Assembly (NCBI GenBank): GCA_965223505.1
Contig: CBDCWP010000017.1
Span: 1 to 59,823, forward strand
Source: Planctomycetota bacterium
GTDB taxonomy: Bacteria; Planctomycetota; PLA2; JAEUHO01
Direction: 5' to 3'
DNA: 59,823 bases
Shown here one piece after another: positions 19,493 to 28,652 of this stretch. Position numbers and translations under genes: made by a program. The notes under the pieces were generated by a model. The model saw only the letters and a list, made by a program, of their open reading frames with translations. It ran no database searches and was not told where the DNA came from. Within the stretch, counting starts at the first letter, position 1. Each line of letters starts with the position of its first letter.

Positions 19493-20712
19493 CAGCGATC
19501 CACCTCACCGAGCACGATGTCCATGCTTCCGATCAGGGCCACGAGGTCGGCGATGAGCACGCCCTGCGCCACCTCGGTAATCACCGCGATGTTGCTGAAC
19601 GACGGTCCGCGGCAGCGGATGCGGTACGCGGTGGGCTTCCCGTCGCTGACCATGTACGCGGCGAGCTCGCCGCGCGGATTCTCGGCGCGCACGTAGACCT
19701 CGCCGGGCGGCGCCTTGAAGCTCTTGGGCATCCGCGCGCGCGTCGGTCCCTCCGGCATCTGCGCGAGTGCCTGGCGGACGATCTTGACGGACTCCTCGAC
19801 CTCGCGGACACGGATCCAGTGGCGCTGGAAGCAGTCGCCGAGCGTCCCGCCCATGCCGCTGTGCCCGTGCGGCACCTCGAAGTCGAACCGATCGTAGATC
19901 GAGTACGGCGCGTCGCGGCGGCAGTCGAAGTCCACGCCCGCGGCGCGCAGCGCGGGACCGGTGACGCCCCAACGCAGCGCCGTCTCGCGATCGATGACAC
20001 CGATGTCGAACGTGCGTTCTTGGAAGATGTGGTTGTTGAGCAGCAACGTGTTGTATTCGGGCAGCCGCTTCTCGACGGCCGCCAGGAACGCTTCCAGCTC
20101 GTCGATCCAGTCCTGGCTGAGGTCGCGCTTCACACCGCCGATCTGGATGTAGTGGTACAGCAGCCGGCCGCCGGAGATGTGGTTGAGCAGGTCGAGGCCG
20201 CGCTCGCGCTCGCGGAACTGATGCAGGAACGGCGTGAAGGCGCCCAGGTCGAGGCCATACACCCCAATCGCCATGATGTGGCTGATGATGCGCTGCAGCT
20301 CCGCCACGATGACGCGGATGTACTCCGCGCGCTCCGGGATCTCGAGCTCGCCGAGGCGCTCGATCGCCATGCAGGCGAGGTGCTCGTTGTTCATCGCCGC
20401 CAGGTAGTCCATCCGGTCGACGTACGGCAGCCACTGGTAGTACGGCACCGACTCGCCGATCTTCTCGCAGCAGCGATGCAGGTTGCCGACGTGCGGCTGC
20501 AGCGCGCGGACCGACTCGCCGTCGGTCTTGATGACGACGCGCAACACGCCGTGCGTCGCCGGGTGCTGCGGCCCCATGTTGAAGACCATCTCTTCAGTGC
20601 GCAGATCGCGCGCGACCATCGCCTGGCGTTCGTGCAGCTCGGTCGCCGACGGGCCTCGGGGTTCGCCCGCGCCCGTGAAGACGTCTCGTTCGCCGGTGGA
20701 GGGATCGGTCAC
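19492..20712 (-). CDS. nuoD: NADH-quinone oxidoreductase subunit D
   Basis: NMGPQHPATHGVLR, DRMDY, ENPRGE and IGSMDIVLGEVDR motifs; GTG start overlapping the nuoC stop. Confidence 0.96.
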   Translation of the reverse strand: MTDPSTGERDVFTGAGEPRGPSATELHERQAMVARDLRTEEMVFNMGPQHPATHGVLRVVIKTDGESVRALQPHVGNLHRCCEKIGESVPYYQWLPYVDRMDYLAAMNNEHLACMAIERLGELEIPERAEYIRVIVAELQRIISHIMAIGVYGLDLGAFTPFLHQFRERERGLDLLNHISGGRLLYHYIQIGGVKRDLSQDWIDELEAFLAAVEKRLPEYNTLLLNNHIFQERTFDIGVIDRETALRWGVTGPALRAAGVDFDCRRDAPYSIYDRFDFEVPHGHSGMGGTLGDCFQRHWIRVREVEESVKIVRQALAQMPEGPTRARMPKSFKAPPGEVYVRAENPRGELAAYMVSDGKPTAYRIRCRGPSFSNIAVITEVAQGVLIADLVALIGSMDIVLGEVDR

Positions 20713-21275
20713 AGGCCCTCCGGCGGGATGATGGGAATGCCGTGGTAGCTGGCCGGGAACTCCCAGTCCTTGCGCAGCGGGTGCCCGGGCCAGTCCTCGG
20801 GCAGCAGGATGCGGTTGAGCTCTTCGCGGCCGGTGAAGTTGACGCCCACGAGATCGAAGGTCTCGCGCTCGTGCCAGTCGGCGCCGGTCCACACGTCCAT
20901 CACCGACGGCACGTCCGGCGCGTCGCGCGGGACGCGCACCTTGACGACCAGGAACGCGTCGTTCTTGTCCGCGCGCTGCTTGTACGCGTCGTCGGGCCGC
21001 TTGGTGTAGCTGACGAGGTGGTAGACGACCTCGAGCTCCTGATCCTGGGGGTAGTCGACGCCGGACACGAGGTGGCAGCAGTCGAACCGGAGCTCGTCGT
21101 GGTCCCGCAGGAGCAGCGCGATGTCGTGCCAGCGCTCGGCCTGGACCCGAATCCACGGATGCCGCCCGGTCGTCTCGGAGGCGACGACGGCATCCGCGTA
21201 CGCGCTCTGGATGACCTCCAGCGCCGCTTCCGTGATCGGATCGGCGGCGGGTGCGGTGTCCGTGTGCTCGCTCAT
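20709..21275 (-). CDS. nuoC: NADH-quinone oxidoreductase subunit C
   Basis: WHERETFDLVGVNF and RILLPEDWPGHPLRKD motifs. Confidence 0.95.
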   Translation of the reverse strand: MSEHTDTAPAADPITEAALEVIQSAYADAVVASETTGRHPWIRVQAERWHDIALLLRDHDELRFDCCHLVSGVDYPQDQELEVVYHLVSYTKRPDDAYKQRADKNDAFLVVKVRVPRDAPDVPSVMDVWTGADWHERETFDLVGVNFTGREELNRILLPEDWPGHPLRKDWEFPASYHGIPIIPPEGL

Positions 21276-21347
21276 GGACCGGCGGGGCTTCCTATTCGCC
21301 TGCGACAGGGGGCATGCCGCGAGACGACGGTATTTGGCGTGTGGCGC

Positions 21348-21890
21348 CTAGGCGGCGCCGACTCCCTGATTCGCATCTTCCGGAAGGGTCCCTCCACCCT
21401 TTTCCAGAATGCGGAACTGCAACTTGCGGATCGCGTCGATCAGCGCCTCGGGCCGCGGCGGGCACCCGGGCAGATAGATGTCGACGGGAATCACGTGATC
21501 GACGCCCTGCACGACGTGATAGCCGTACCGGACGTACGGGCCGCCGCCGACGGTGCAGGCACCCATGGCGATGGCGTATTTGGGATCGGGCATCTGCTCC
21601 CACAAGCGGCGCACGCGCGGCGCCATCTTGTGCGTTACGGTGCCGGCGACGATCATCAGATCGCTCTGCCGCGGAGATGCCCGGAACACGCCCGCTCCGA
21701 AGCGGTCGAGGTCGTACTTCGTCGCCGCCGTGGCCATCATCTCCATCGCGCAGCACGCGAGACCGAACGCCATCGGCCACAGGGCGTTGCGGCGCCCCCA
21801 GTCCTTGACCCAGTCGACCTTCGTCAGGATGACGCTCTGCTGAAGCTCCGGATCCATCTCGACGTTCGGGGTCGTGGGTGCATCAGGCAT
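21348..21890 (-). CDS. nuoB: NADH-quinone oxidoreductase subunit B
   Basis: [22 protein letters not shown] and PGCPPRPE motifs; GGAGGT RBS before ATG 21890. Confidence 0.96.
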   Translation of the reverse strand: MPDAPTTPNVEMDPELQQSVILTKVDWVKDWGRRNALWPMAFGLACCAMEMMATAATKYDLDRFGAGVFRASPRQSDLMIVAGTVTHKMAPRVRRLWEQMPDPKYAIAMGACTVGGGPYVRYGYHVVQGVDHVIPVDIYLPGCPPRPEALIDAIRKLQFRILEKGGGTLPEDANQGVGAA

Positions 21891-22362
21891 CGACACCTCC
21901 CGACGCCGCGCCGACCGGCTCGCGGTGTGCGGACTCTCGCTCAGTCGGCTCGGACGCGGTGCCGAGCGAACCCCTGGACTCGACGGGGTTCGTCCAGTCG
22001 ATGTCGCCCCGCGCCCAGACATAGGCGAGGCCGACCATGAGGATCGCGATGAAGGTCGCCGCCTCGATGAAGGCAATCAGCCCCAGGCCCTGCTCGACGA
22101 GGTCGCGGAAGACCACGCCCCAGGGGAAGAGCAACGCGATCTCGACGTCGAACACGACGAACATCAGCGCCACCGTGTAGAAGCGGATGTCGAAGCGGAT
22201 CCACGCCTGCCCGATCGTCGGCTCGCCGCACTCGTAGATGGCGAGCTTGCCGGGCTCGCTCGTGCTCTTGGGTCGCAGCAGCCGGGCGAGCACGAGGTTG
22301 AGGACGACGAACCCGATGCCCAGCAGAGCGAATACGAGCACGTTGGCGAACTCGAAATACAA
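21883..22362 (-). CDS. nuoA: NADH-quinone oxidoreductase subunit A
   Basis: YECGE and [12 protein letters not shown] motifs; TTG start with a GGGAG RBS. Confidence 0.95.
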   Translation of the reverse strand: MYFEFANVLVFALLGIGFVVLNLVLARLLRPKSTSEPGKLAIYECGEPTIGQAWIRFDIRFYTVALMFVVFDVEIALLFPWGVVFRDLVEQGLGLIAFIEAATFIAILMVGLAYVWARGDIDWTNPVESRGSLGTASEPTERESAHREPVGAASGGVDA

Positions 22363-22544
22363 CGCTGCTACTCCCGAATTTCCGCGGGGCGAACGGGAAA
22401 GATAGCAAGCGCCCCCCAGCGCCGAGACGGGATTCCCGGCAGGCGCGGGGCCCGCCGCCCCGGCGCCGAGGGCAGACGCGTCCGGCCGTGCCTTTCGGCG
22501 GGGGACGCGCTAGGATCGGCGGACTTCGGGTGGGAGATTCGAGA

Positions 22545-23783
22545 ATGACGCCGACGCACGTCACCACCGCGGTCCTGCTCCTCGTGACCCTCGGCGCGGC
22601 GGCGGCCCTGGCGGGTCCGGAGCCGATGCCCGGCGTCGGCCTGGACGAGGCGTGGCCGGACCTGACGTTCGTGGAGCCGCTGCAGGTCACGCACGCCGGC
22701 GACGGCTCGAACATGCTGTACGTGGTCGAGCGGGCGGGCCGGGTCCTGCGGCTGCCCCGGTACACGGGGCAGGGCGCCGTGCCGAAGCCCCAGGTCTTCC
22801 TGGACATGCGGAAGGTGGTCGGCGGCCTGGACAGCCAAGGGGGGCTGCTCTGCATCGCCTTTCATCCGAAGTACCGGCAGAATCGGAAGTTCTACGCGTG
22901 CTACGTGGACGAGAACGCCCATCCGAAGCTCCGCTACCGGATGCTGGTCGCGGAGCTGACCAGCGACGCCGCGAAGGCGCGGCTCGGCACGCTCCGCGTT
23001 CTGCTCGAGGTGCGCAAGGAGCACGCGAGCCACAACGGCGGCTGCATCACGTTCGGCCCGGACGGGATGCTCTACATCTCGACGGGCGACGACCGGCAGG
23101 ACCCCATGCTCGGCGCGGCCCACGCGTCTCAGCAGCCGCGCTCCCCGCTCGGCAAGATCCTGCGCATCGACGTCGACAGCCGCACCGGGCGCAAGCAGTA
23201 CGGCATTCCGGCGGACAACCCTTGGGCCAAGAAGCCGGACCGGGCGTTGCCGGAGATGTGGGCGTTCGGGATGCGCAACCCCTGGCGCATGTCGTTCGAC
23301 GGACGCGGCCGGTTGTGGACGGTCGAGCCGGGGACGTCGCCCGAGTTCGCGAAGAAGCAGGGCGGCACGTCGCGAGAGTGGGTGACGCAGATCAAGCGCG
23401 GGGGCAATCACGGCTGGCCCTACTACGAGGGCAAACGCAAGATCAGCGAACCGCCGGGCTGGGCGAAGCGCATGGGGCTCGTTCCGAAGACGTTCGAGTA
23501 CCTGAACGAGGGCGGCCGGCGCATGGCCGGCATCGGCGGGTTCGTCTACCGCGGCACGCGGGTGCCGGAGCTGTTCGGCAAGTACGTCTTCGGCGACTTC
23601 AAGACCGAAGAGGTCTACGCGATCGATCTGGTCGCGAGCGACGGCAAGATCGATGGACGCAACTGGCGCAAGCTGGGCGACGTCGTCGAGCTCGCGTCGC
23701 TCGGAGAGGACGAGCAGGGGGAGCTGTACTTCTGCAGCAACAGCCAAGACGGCTACATCGTGACGCTGGTGTCGGAGAATTGA
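22545..23783 (+). CDS. PQQ-dependent sugar dehydrogenase family protein (YliI/GdhB-type beta-propeller), copy 1
   Basis: Signal peptide; GLLCIAFHP, HNGGCITFGPDGMLYISTGD, GKILRIDVD, IPADNP, GMRNPWRMSFD and NHGWP motifs. Confidence 0.9.
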   Translation: MTPTHVTTAVLLLVTLGAAAALAGPEPMPGVGLDEAWPDLTFVEPLQVTHAGDGSNMLYVVERAGRVLRLPRYTGQGAVPKPQVFLDMRKVVGGLDSQGGLLCIAFHPKYRQNRKFYACYVDENAHPKLRYRMLVAELTSDAAKARLGTLRVLLEVRKEHASHNGGCITFGPDGMLYISTGDDRQDPMLGAAHASQQPRSPLGKILRIDVDSRTGRKQYGIPADNPWAKKPDRALPEMWAFGMRNPWRMSFDGRGRLWTVEPGTSPEFAKKQGGTSREWVTQIKRGGNHGWPYYEGKRKISEPPGWAKRMGLVPKTFEYLNEGGRRMAGIGGFVYRGTRVPELFGKYVFGDFKTEEVYAIDLVASDGKIDGRNWRKLGDVVELASLGEDEQGELYFCSNSQDGYIVTLVSEN

Positions 23784-23847
23784 CCGCTAGGGTACGAACG
23801 AGGTCTCGGGGACGGGTACCATGCGCCCCCTCGATCGGGAGAACGTC

Positions 23848-25062
23848 ATGTCGATTCGGTTCGCGCTAACCATCACCGCCGTTGCGGCTCTGGCCGTGCT
23901 GCCGCTGCTGCCCGCAGCGGGCGTCTTCGCGGCCCCGCCGCAGGTGCCGGGCGTGCGGCTCATCGAGGCCTGGCCGGACCGGGAGTTTCCGGAGCCGGTG
24001 GACATCGCCCATCACGGCACCGAGCGCATGTACGTCGTCAGCCAGCCGGGCCGGATCCGGGCGGTCATGAAGTGGCGCGGCGTCGGCCAGGCGGATCGGC
24101 CGAAGATGTTCCTCGACATCAAGTCGCGGGTCGCCGCCATTCAGCAAGGCGGACTCTTGTCCTTGGCGTTCCACCCACGCTTCGATCAGAACCGCAAGTT
24201 CTACGTTTGCTATCTGGCGAAGCACGCCGACCCGCAGCTGAAGTTCAAGCTGGTGGTCTCGGAGTTCACGGCGACCGGCGGCTCGGTGGACGCGTGCGTG
24301 GGCGACCCCAACACCGAGCGCAAGCTGCTCGAGATGCCGAAGAGGCTCCCGGTCCACCAGGGCGGCGATCTGGAATTCGGCCCGCGCGGGAAGCTGTTCG
24401 TATCGACCGGCGACGGCGGGATCGAGAAGGAAGGCAAGTCACAGGACATTCGGGGTTGGTTCGGCAAGATCCTGCGTATCGACGTCGACGCGCGCTCTGC
24501 GGGCAAGGCGTACGGCATCCCGTCGGACAACCCGTGGCCGAACATTCCGAACCAGGTCTTGCCGGAGCTGTACGCGTACGGTTTCCGCAACCCCTGGCGT
24601 ATGTCGTTCGACGCGCAGGGCCGTCTGTGGACGACGGAGCCGGGCACGAAGGGTCCGGACTCGCGCGAGTGGGTGATGCTGGTGCAGCGGGCGGGCAACC
24701 ACGGTTGGCCGTACTACGAGGGCAAGCGCAGGCTGCGCAACCCGCCGGCGAGCGTGAAGCTGGTGCCGCCGGTCTTCGAGTACGTGCGCGGCGCCGGGAC
24801 GGGTGGAACGGCGGGCATCGGTGGGTTCGTGTACCGCGGATCGCGTGTGCCGAGCTTGCGGGGCAAGTACGTGTTCGGCGACTACATGCGCGGCGAGGTG
24901 TACTGCATCGACCTCGCCGGCGCGGGCCAGGGCGTGACGGGCCGCAACTGGCGGAAGATCGGCGACGTGGACACGCTGTCCTCGATCGGCGAGGACGCGC
25001 AAGGCGAGCTCTACTTCTGCTCGAACGACGGTGGATTCATCTTCATGATGGCGCCCGAGTAG
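23848..25062 (+). CDS. PQQ-dependent sugar dehydrogenase family protein, copy 2 (tandem paralog)
   Basis: GLLSLAFHP, HQGGDLEFGP, GKILRIDVD, GFRNPWRMSFD and NHGWPYYEG motifs; GGGAG RBS before ATG 23848. Confidence 0.9.
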   Translation: MSIRFALTITAVAALAVLPLLPAAGVFAAPPQVPGVRLIEAWPDREFPEPVDIAHHGTERMYVVSQPGRIRAVMKWRGVGQADRPKMFLDIKSRVAAIQQGGLLSLAFHPRFDQNRKFYVCYLAKHADPQLKFKLVVSEFTATGGSVDACVGDPNTERKLLEMPKRLPVHQGGDLEFGPRGKLFVSTGDGGIEKEGKSQDIRGWFGKILRIDVDARSAGKAYGIPSDNPWPNIPNQVLPELYAYGFRNPWRMSFDAQGRLWTTEPGTKGPDSREWVMLVQRAGNHGWPYYEGKRRLRNPPASVKLVPPVFEYVRGAGTGGTAGIGGFVYRGSRVPSLRGKYVFGDYMRGEVYCIDLAGAGQGVTGRNWRKIGDVDTLSSIGEDAQGELYFCSNDGGFIFMMAPE

Positions 25063-25135
25063 GCCGGGAACGTCGACTGCGAGCGTCGTTGACTGCGAGG
25101 GTGATTCTCGCGGCTGACCGCGAACTGAGACCTGC

Positions 25136-25173
25136 GTGTCGTGGTCGATACCGTGCCCGTGACCGTGCGCGTG
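25136..25173 (+). repeat. Left 38-bp inverted repeat upstream of the four-helix-bundle gene
   Basis: GTGTCGTGGTCGATACCGTGCCCGTGACCGTGCGCGTG matches the reverse complement of 25933-25970 at 34/38 positions. Confidence 0.85.
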
Positions 25174-25344
25174 GGCTCTCGAGCCGCTGTTCGCCGCCCG
25201 CGTGAGCCGTTGCCTGAGTTCGACGGTTCGGAGCGCTGCGTGACCGTCGCCTGTCGTCGCGCGAAGACCTGATCTCAGACGGGCGCCAAGATCGCCCGCC
25301 ATGCGTGTGAGGGCGATCGGCGCCCTCGCCACCGGAGATCATCC

Positions 25345-25722
25345 ATGAACGATCTACCTGCCGGCGGATTCGCGCATCTGCGCCTTGACGCCTACCACAT
25401 CGCGCAAGATCTTGCGACTGAGTGCGTGCAGCGCACGAAGGACATCCCGCGCGGCTTCGCCGAGGTGCGTTGTCAGGCACAGCGAAGCGCGTTGGCAACG
25501 GTCCGGCACATTGCCGAGGGCGCCGAACGCGAAACGCCCGCGGACAAGTCCGCGCGCTTCATCCTCGCACGTAGCGAGGTAGCCGAGCTTGACGCGACCC
25601 TCGATACTGCGATTCGGCTCGCTCTCGTCCCACCCGAGCAAGGCGACGAACTCCGCGCCCTCGCCTCACGGGTCGGAGCAATGTTGAACGGTCTCATCCG
25701 CAGACAGCGGTCTTTGCAGTAG
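25345..25722 (+). CDS. Four helix bundle protein (23S rRNA IVP / Avd-like superfamily)
   Basis: F.H.RLDAY..A, P.G, Q..RSA....HIAEG..R, F..AR....E and V.AML.GL pattern; 125 aa; GGAG RBS. Confidence 0.85.
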   Translation: MNDLPAGGFAHLRLDAYHIAQDLATECVQRTKDIPRGFAEVRCQAQRSALATVRHIAEGAERETPADKSARFILARSEVAELDATLDTAIRLALVPPEQGDELRALASRVGAMLNGLIRRQRSLQ

Positions 25723-25758
25723 CCAGGAGCACTTCTGCCGCGCGCGAAAGGTGCCGAC

Positions 25759-26462
25759 AGTCGGACGGCCGACAATGCGTGTGCCTCCTCGCGTGTCGAG
25801 CACGTGCCCGCTCTCGGTCTCGTGCCCGTGGTTCGCCGCGTCAGCCACACTTCCCTCGCCTGCCGGGTGAATCCATGAACCGGGCGGGAGGGCGCATTCC
25901 TCTGATACGAAGGCCTTGCGGAGATCAGAACACACGGGAACGGTCACGGGCACGGTATCGGGCACGACACCAAGATGAGAGTCGGACGACCGACAATGCG
26001 TGTGCCTCCTCGCGTGTCGTGCACGTGCCCGCTCTCGGTCTCGCGCCCGTGGTTCGCCGCGTCAGCCACACTTCCCGCGCCTGCCGGGTGACTCCATGAG
26101 CCGGGCGGGAGGGCGCACTCCTCTGATACGAAGGCCTTGCGGAGATCAGGACACACGGGAACGGTCACGGGCACGGTATCGGGCACGACACCAAGATGAG
26201 AGTCGGACGACCGACAATGCGTGTGCCTCCTCGCGTGTCGTGCACGTGCCCGCTCTCGGTCTCGCGCCCGTGGTTCGCCGCGTCAGCCACACTTCCCGCG
26301 CCTGCCGGGTGAATCCATGAACCGGGCGGGAGGGCGCACTCCTCTGGATACGAAGGCCTTGCGGAGATCAGGACACACGGGAACGGTCACGGGCACGGTA
26401 TCGGGCACGACACCAAGATGAGAGTCGGACGACCGACAATGCGCGTGCCCGCTCGCGTGTCG
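25759..26462 (+). repeat. Tandem array of about 3.2 copies of a 221-bp structured non-coding unit
   Basis: agtcggac(g)(a/g)ccgacaatgcg recurs at 25759, 25980, 26201 and 26423 (period 221, 221, 222); units nearly identical. Confidence 0.97.
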
Positions 26463-26538
26463 CCGCATCTCCAGCAGAGGGAGCTCACGCTCCATCGCAC
26501 GCTCGGTTTCCCGCGCCCTGTCCGGTCGTCGCCTCGCC

Positions 26539-27510
26539 CTACTCGATGCCCTCTTCCGCCAACCAGCGCTCCGCGTCCAATGCACCCATGCATCCCGACC
26601 CGGCAGCCGTGATCGCCTGACGATAGACCTTGTCGGACACATCCCCCACCGCGAACACGCCGGGGATCTTCGTCTTCGACGTGCCCGGCTCGAACGGGAT
26701 GATGTAGCCCGACTCGTCCGTGTCGATCTGCCCGTCCAGGAACTTCGTGTTCGGCTCGTGGCCGATCGCGATGAAGAGCCCCTTGCACTCGAGGTTGCTC
26801 TTCTCGTTCGTCTGCGTGTCCGTCAGCTCGACGCCCGTGATGACCTCGTCGCCGTGCACGTCCGTGACGATCTTGTTCCAAGCCATCTCGACCTTCGGGT
26901 TGTTCAGCAGCCGGTCCTGCATGATCTTGCTCGCGCGCAGCTCGTCGCGCCGGTGCACCACCGTCACCTTCGACGCGAACTTGGTGAGGAACGTCGCTTC
27001 CTCGACCGCGGTGTCGCCACCGCCCACCACGACCAGATGCTGATCGCGGAACACGGGCAACGCCCCGTCACAGACGGCGCACGCGGACACGCCGCCGCCC
27101 GACTGCGCGAGCTTCTGCTCGTTGTCGAGCCAAAGCCACTTGGCCTTCGCGCCCGTCGCGATGATCGCGGCGTGGGTCTTGACCTCGTTGCCCTCGAGCG
27201 TGTGGAGCACGAACGGACGTTGTGAGAAGTCGCACTTCACGATGTCGTCCGTGATGACGCGCGTACCGAACCGCTCGGCCTGCTTCTTGAAGTCGGCCAT
27301 CATTTCCTGGCCGGTCACGCCTTCCGGGTAACCCGGGTAGTTCTCTACGTCGGTCGTGAACATCAGCTGACCACCGGGGATCATCTGCTGCGTGGGGGCG
27401 CCCTCGTAGACGAGAGGATCCAGGTCGGCGCGTGCCGCGTAGAGCGCCGCCGTCCAGCCCGCAGGGCCGGAACCGATGATCACCAGCTTCTCGACTCCGT
27501 TCTCGCTCAT
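26539..27510 (-). CDS. trxB: Thioredoxin-disulfide reductase
   Basis: [30 protein letters not shown] and [11 protein letters not shown] motifs; start ATG 27510. Confidence 0.97.
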   Translation of the reverse strand: MSENGVEKLVIIGSGPAGWTAALYAARADLDPLVYEGAPTQQMIPGGQLMFTTDVENYPGYPEGVTGQEMMADFKKQAERFGTRVITDDIVKCDFSQRPFVLHTLEGNEVKTHAAIIATGAKAKWLWLDNEQKLAQSGGGVSACAVCDGALPVFRDQHLVVVGGGDTAVEEATFLTKFASKVTVVHRRDELRASKIMQDRLLNNPKVEMAWNKIVTDVHGDEVITGVELTDTQTNEKSNLECKGLFIAIGHEPNTKFLDGQIDTDESGYIIPFEPGTSKTKIPGVFAVGDVSDKVYRQAITAAGSGCMGALDAERWLAEEGIE

Positions 27511-27607
27511 GGATCTGCTCCCTCGAGGTGCGTTGGATCGGGATGCTACTCGCGCGGCGGCGCTTGTCATTCCCCAGACGGGCGTCGCGCGTCCCGGGTT
27601 GCGCGAA

Positions 27608-28216
27608 TCAGCCTTCGACGCGCCCGGCCGAGAGCCAGCGGAACGCGGCGAGGCACGTCCCGACCACGGCGATGCCCTGCAGGATCGACCGCTCCGCGTT
27701 CGCGTGGGCGTCGTCCTCGTCATCCGCCTCGCCGAGGAGGTCCGGCTCGGCCAGGTAGGTCGCCACGACGGGCCACGCCGCGTCGAACAGCGCGTACGCC
27801 TGCTCGCCGCGCGCGTCGAGCGCGACGTCCTCGCCGGCGAGGTACTCCTCGAGCGGACCGAGGACCTCGGCGGCGAGAGACTCGAAATACGCCTCCTCAC
27901 CGTCGTCCGGCTCTTCGACCAGGCGGGCCAGGGTCTCCGGCGGATCGGCGTCTTCGATGCCGGACGCCGCCAACACCGCGAGACTGCCGAGGTGCGCGAA
28001 GCGGAAGACGCGCTCGGCACGTTCGATGATCTCCGCAGCGGACTCGAGGTCGTCCGCGGCTTCGTCAGGCGCGACACCCTCGACGTTCGCGACCATCGCG
28101 GGCGCGTCGGCACACAGGCCGGCCCAGTGAAAACAGCCGGGGAACCAGTCCAGGAACCCGTCGCCGTAGGTTCCCATCGCCTCTTCGACGAAGTGGCGGA
28201 GCGCGTCCGTCGACAT
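27608..28216 (-). CDS. Hypothetical acidic helical protein
   Basis: 202-aa ORF with genome-typical codon use between the IscA-like gene and trxB; no family recognised. Confidence 0.65.
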   Translation of the reverse strand: MSTDALRHFVEEAMGTYGDGFLDWFPGCFHWAGLCADAPAMVANVEGVAPDEAADDLESAAEIIERAERVFRFAHLGSLAVLAASGIEDADPPETLARLVEEPDDGEEAYFESLAAEVLGPLEEYLAGEDVALDARGEQAYALFDAAWPVVATYLAEPDLLGEADDEDDAHANAERSILQGIAVVGTCLAAFRWLSAGRVEG

Positions 28217-28225
28217 GCGATGTCG

Positions 28226-28561
28226 CTACGCGGAGAACGAGCTGCCGCAGCCGCAGCTGCCGGTGGCGTTCGGGTTCTTGAACTCGAACCCCGATCCCAT
28301 CATCGACTCGGTGTAGTGGATCTGCGTGCCGCCCACGAACAGCGCGGACTTGGGGTCGACGTAGACCTCGAAGCCGTCGTAGGCGGTGATCACCTGGTCC
28401 TTCTCGTCCGGCCCGCGCTCCAGGGCGAGCTGGTAGCTCATGCCGGAGCAGCCGCCGCCGACGACCTTGACGCGCAGCCCCTTCGCCTCGCTCTGGGCCG
28501 GGTCGGCCATCAGCTCGCGGACCTTCTTCTCGGCCTCGGGTGTCAGGGTGACGGCAGTCAT
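28226..28561 (-). CDS. Iron-sulfur cluster assembly accessory protein (HesB/IscA/ErpA family)
   Basis: GGGCSG and [14 protein letters not shown] motifs. Confidence 0.95.
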   Translation of the reverse strand: MTAVTLTPEAEKKVRELMADPAQSEAKGLRVKVVGGGCSGMSYQLALERGPDEKDQVITAYDGFEVYVDPKSALFVGGTQIHYTESMMGSGFEFKNPNATGSCGCGSSFSA

Positions 28562-28652
28562 GTCGGGCTCCTCGTGGAACTTTCCTCATTATAGGTTCCA
28601 CTGCGGCCCGACCGCCCATTTCCGCACCGGACGTCGATAAGATGCTCGTCCC

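Noticed and set aside
25759..26462. CRISPR array interpretation of the tandem repeat
   Set aside because: Whole 221-bp units are near-identical, with no unique spacers and no cas genes in the window.
25345..26462. Diversity-generating retroelement (Avd + TR/VR)
   Set aside because: No reverse transcriptase and no target gene are present, and the repeats are tandem and non-coding rather than a TR/VR pair.
25136..26462. Integron attC cassette interpretation
   Set aside because: The ends do not match RYYYAAC/GTTRRRY and no integron integrase is present.
25666..26642. Short repeated ORFs in the array (MCLLACRAR..., MPDTVPVTV...)
   Set aside because: They are by-products of the repeat: the period is not a multiple of three, frames shift between units and there is no RBS.
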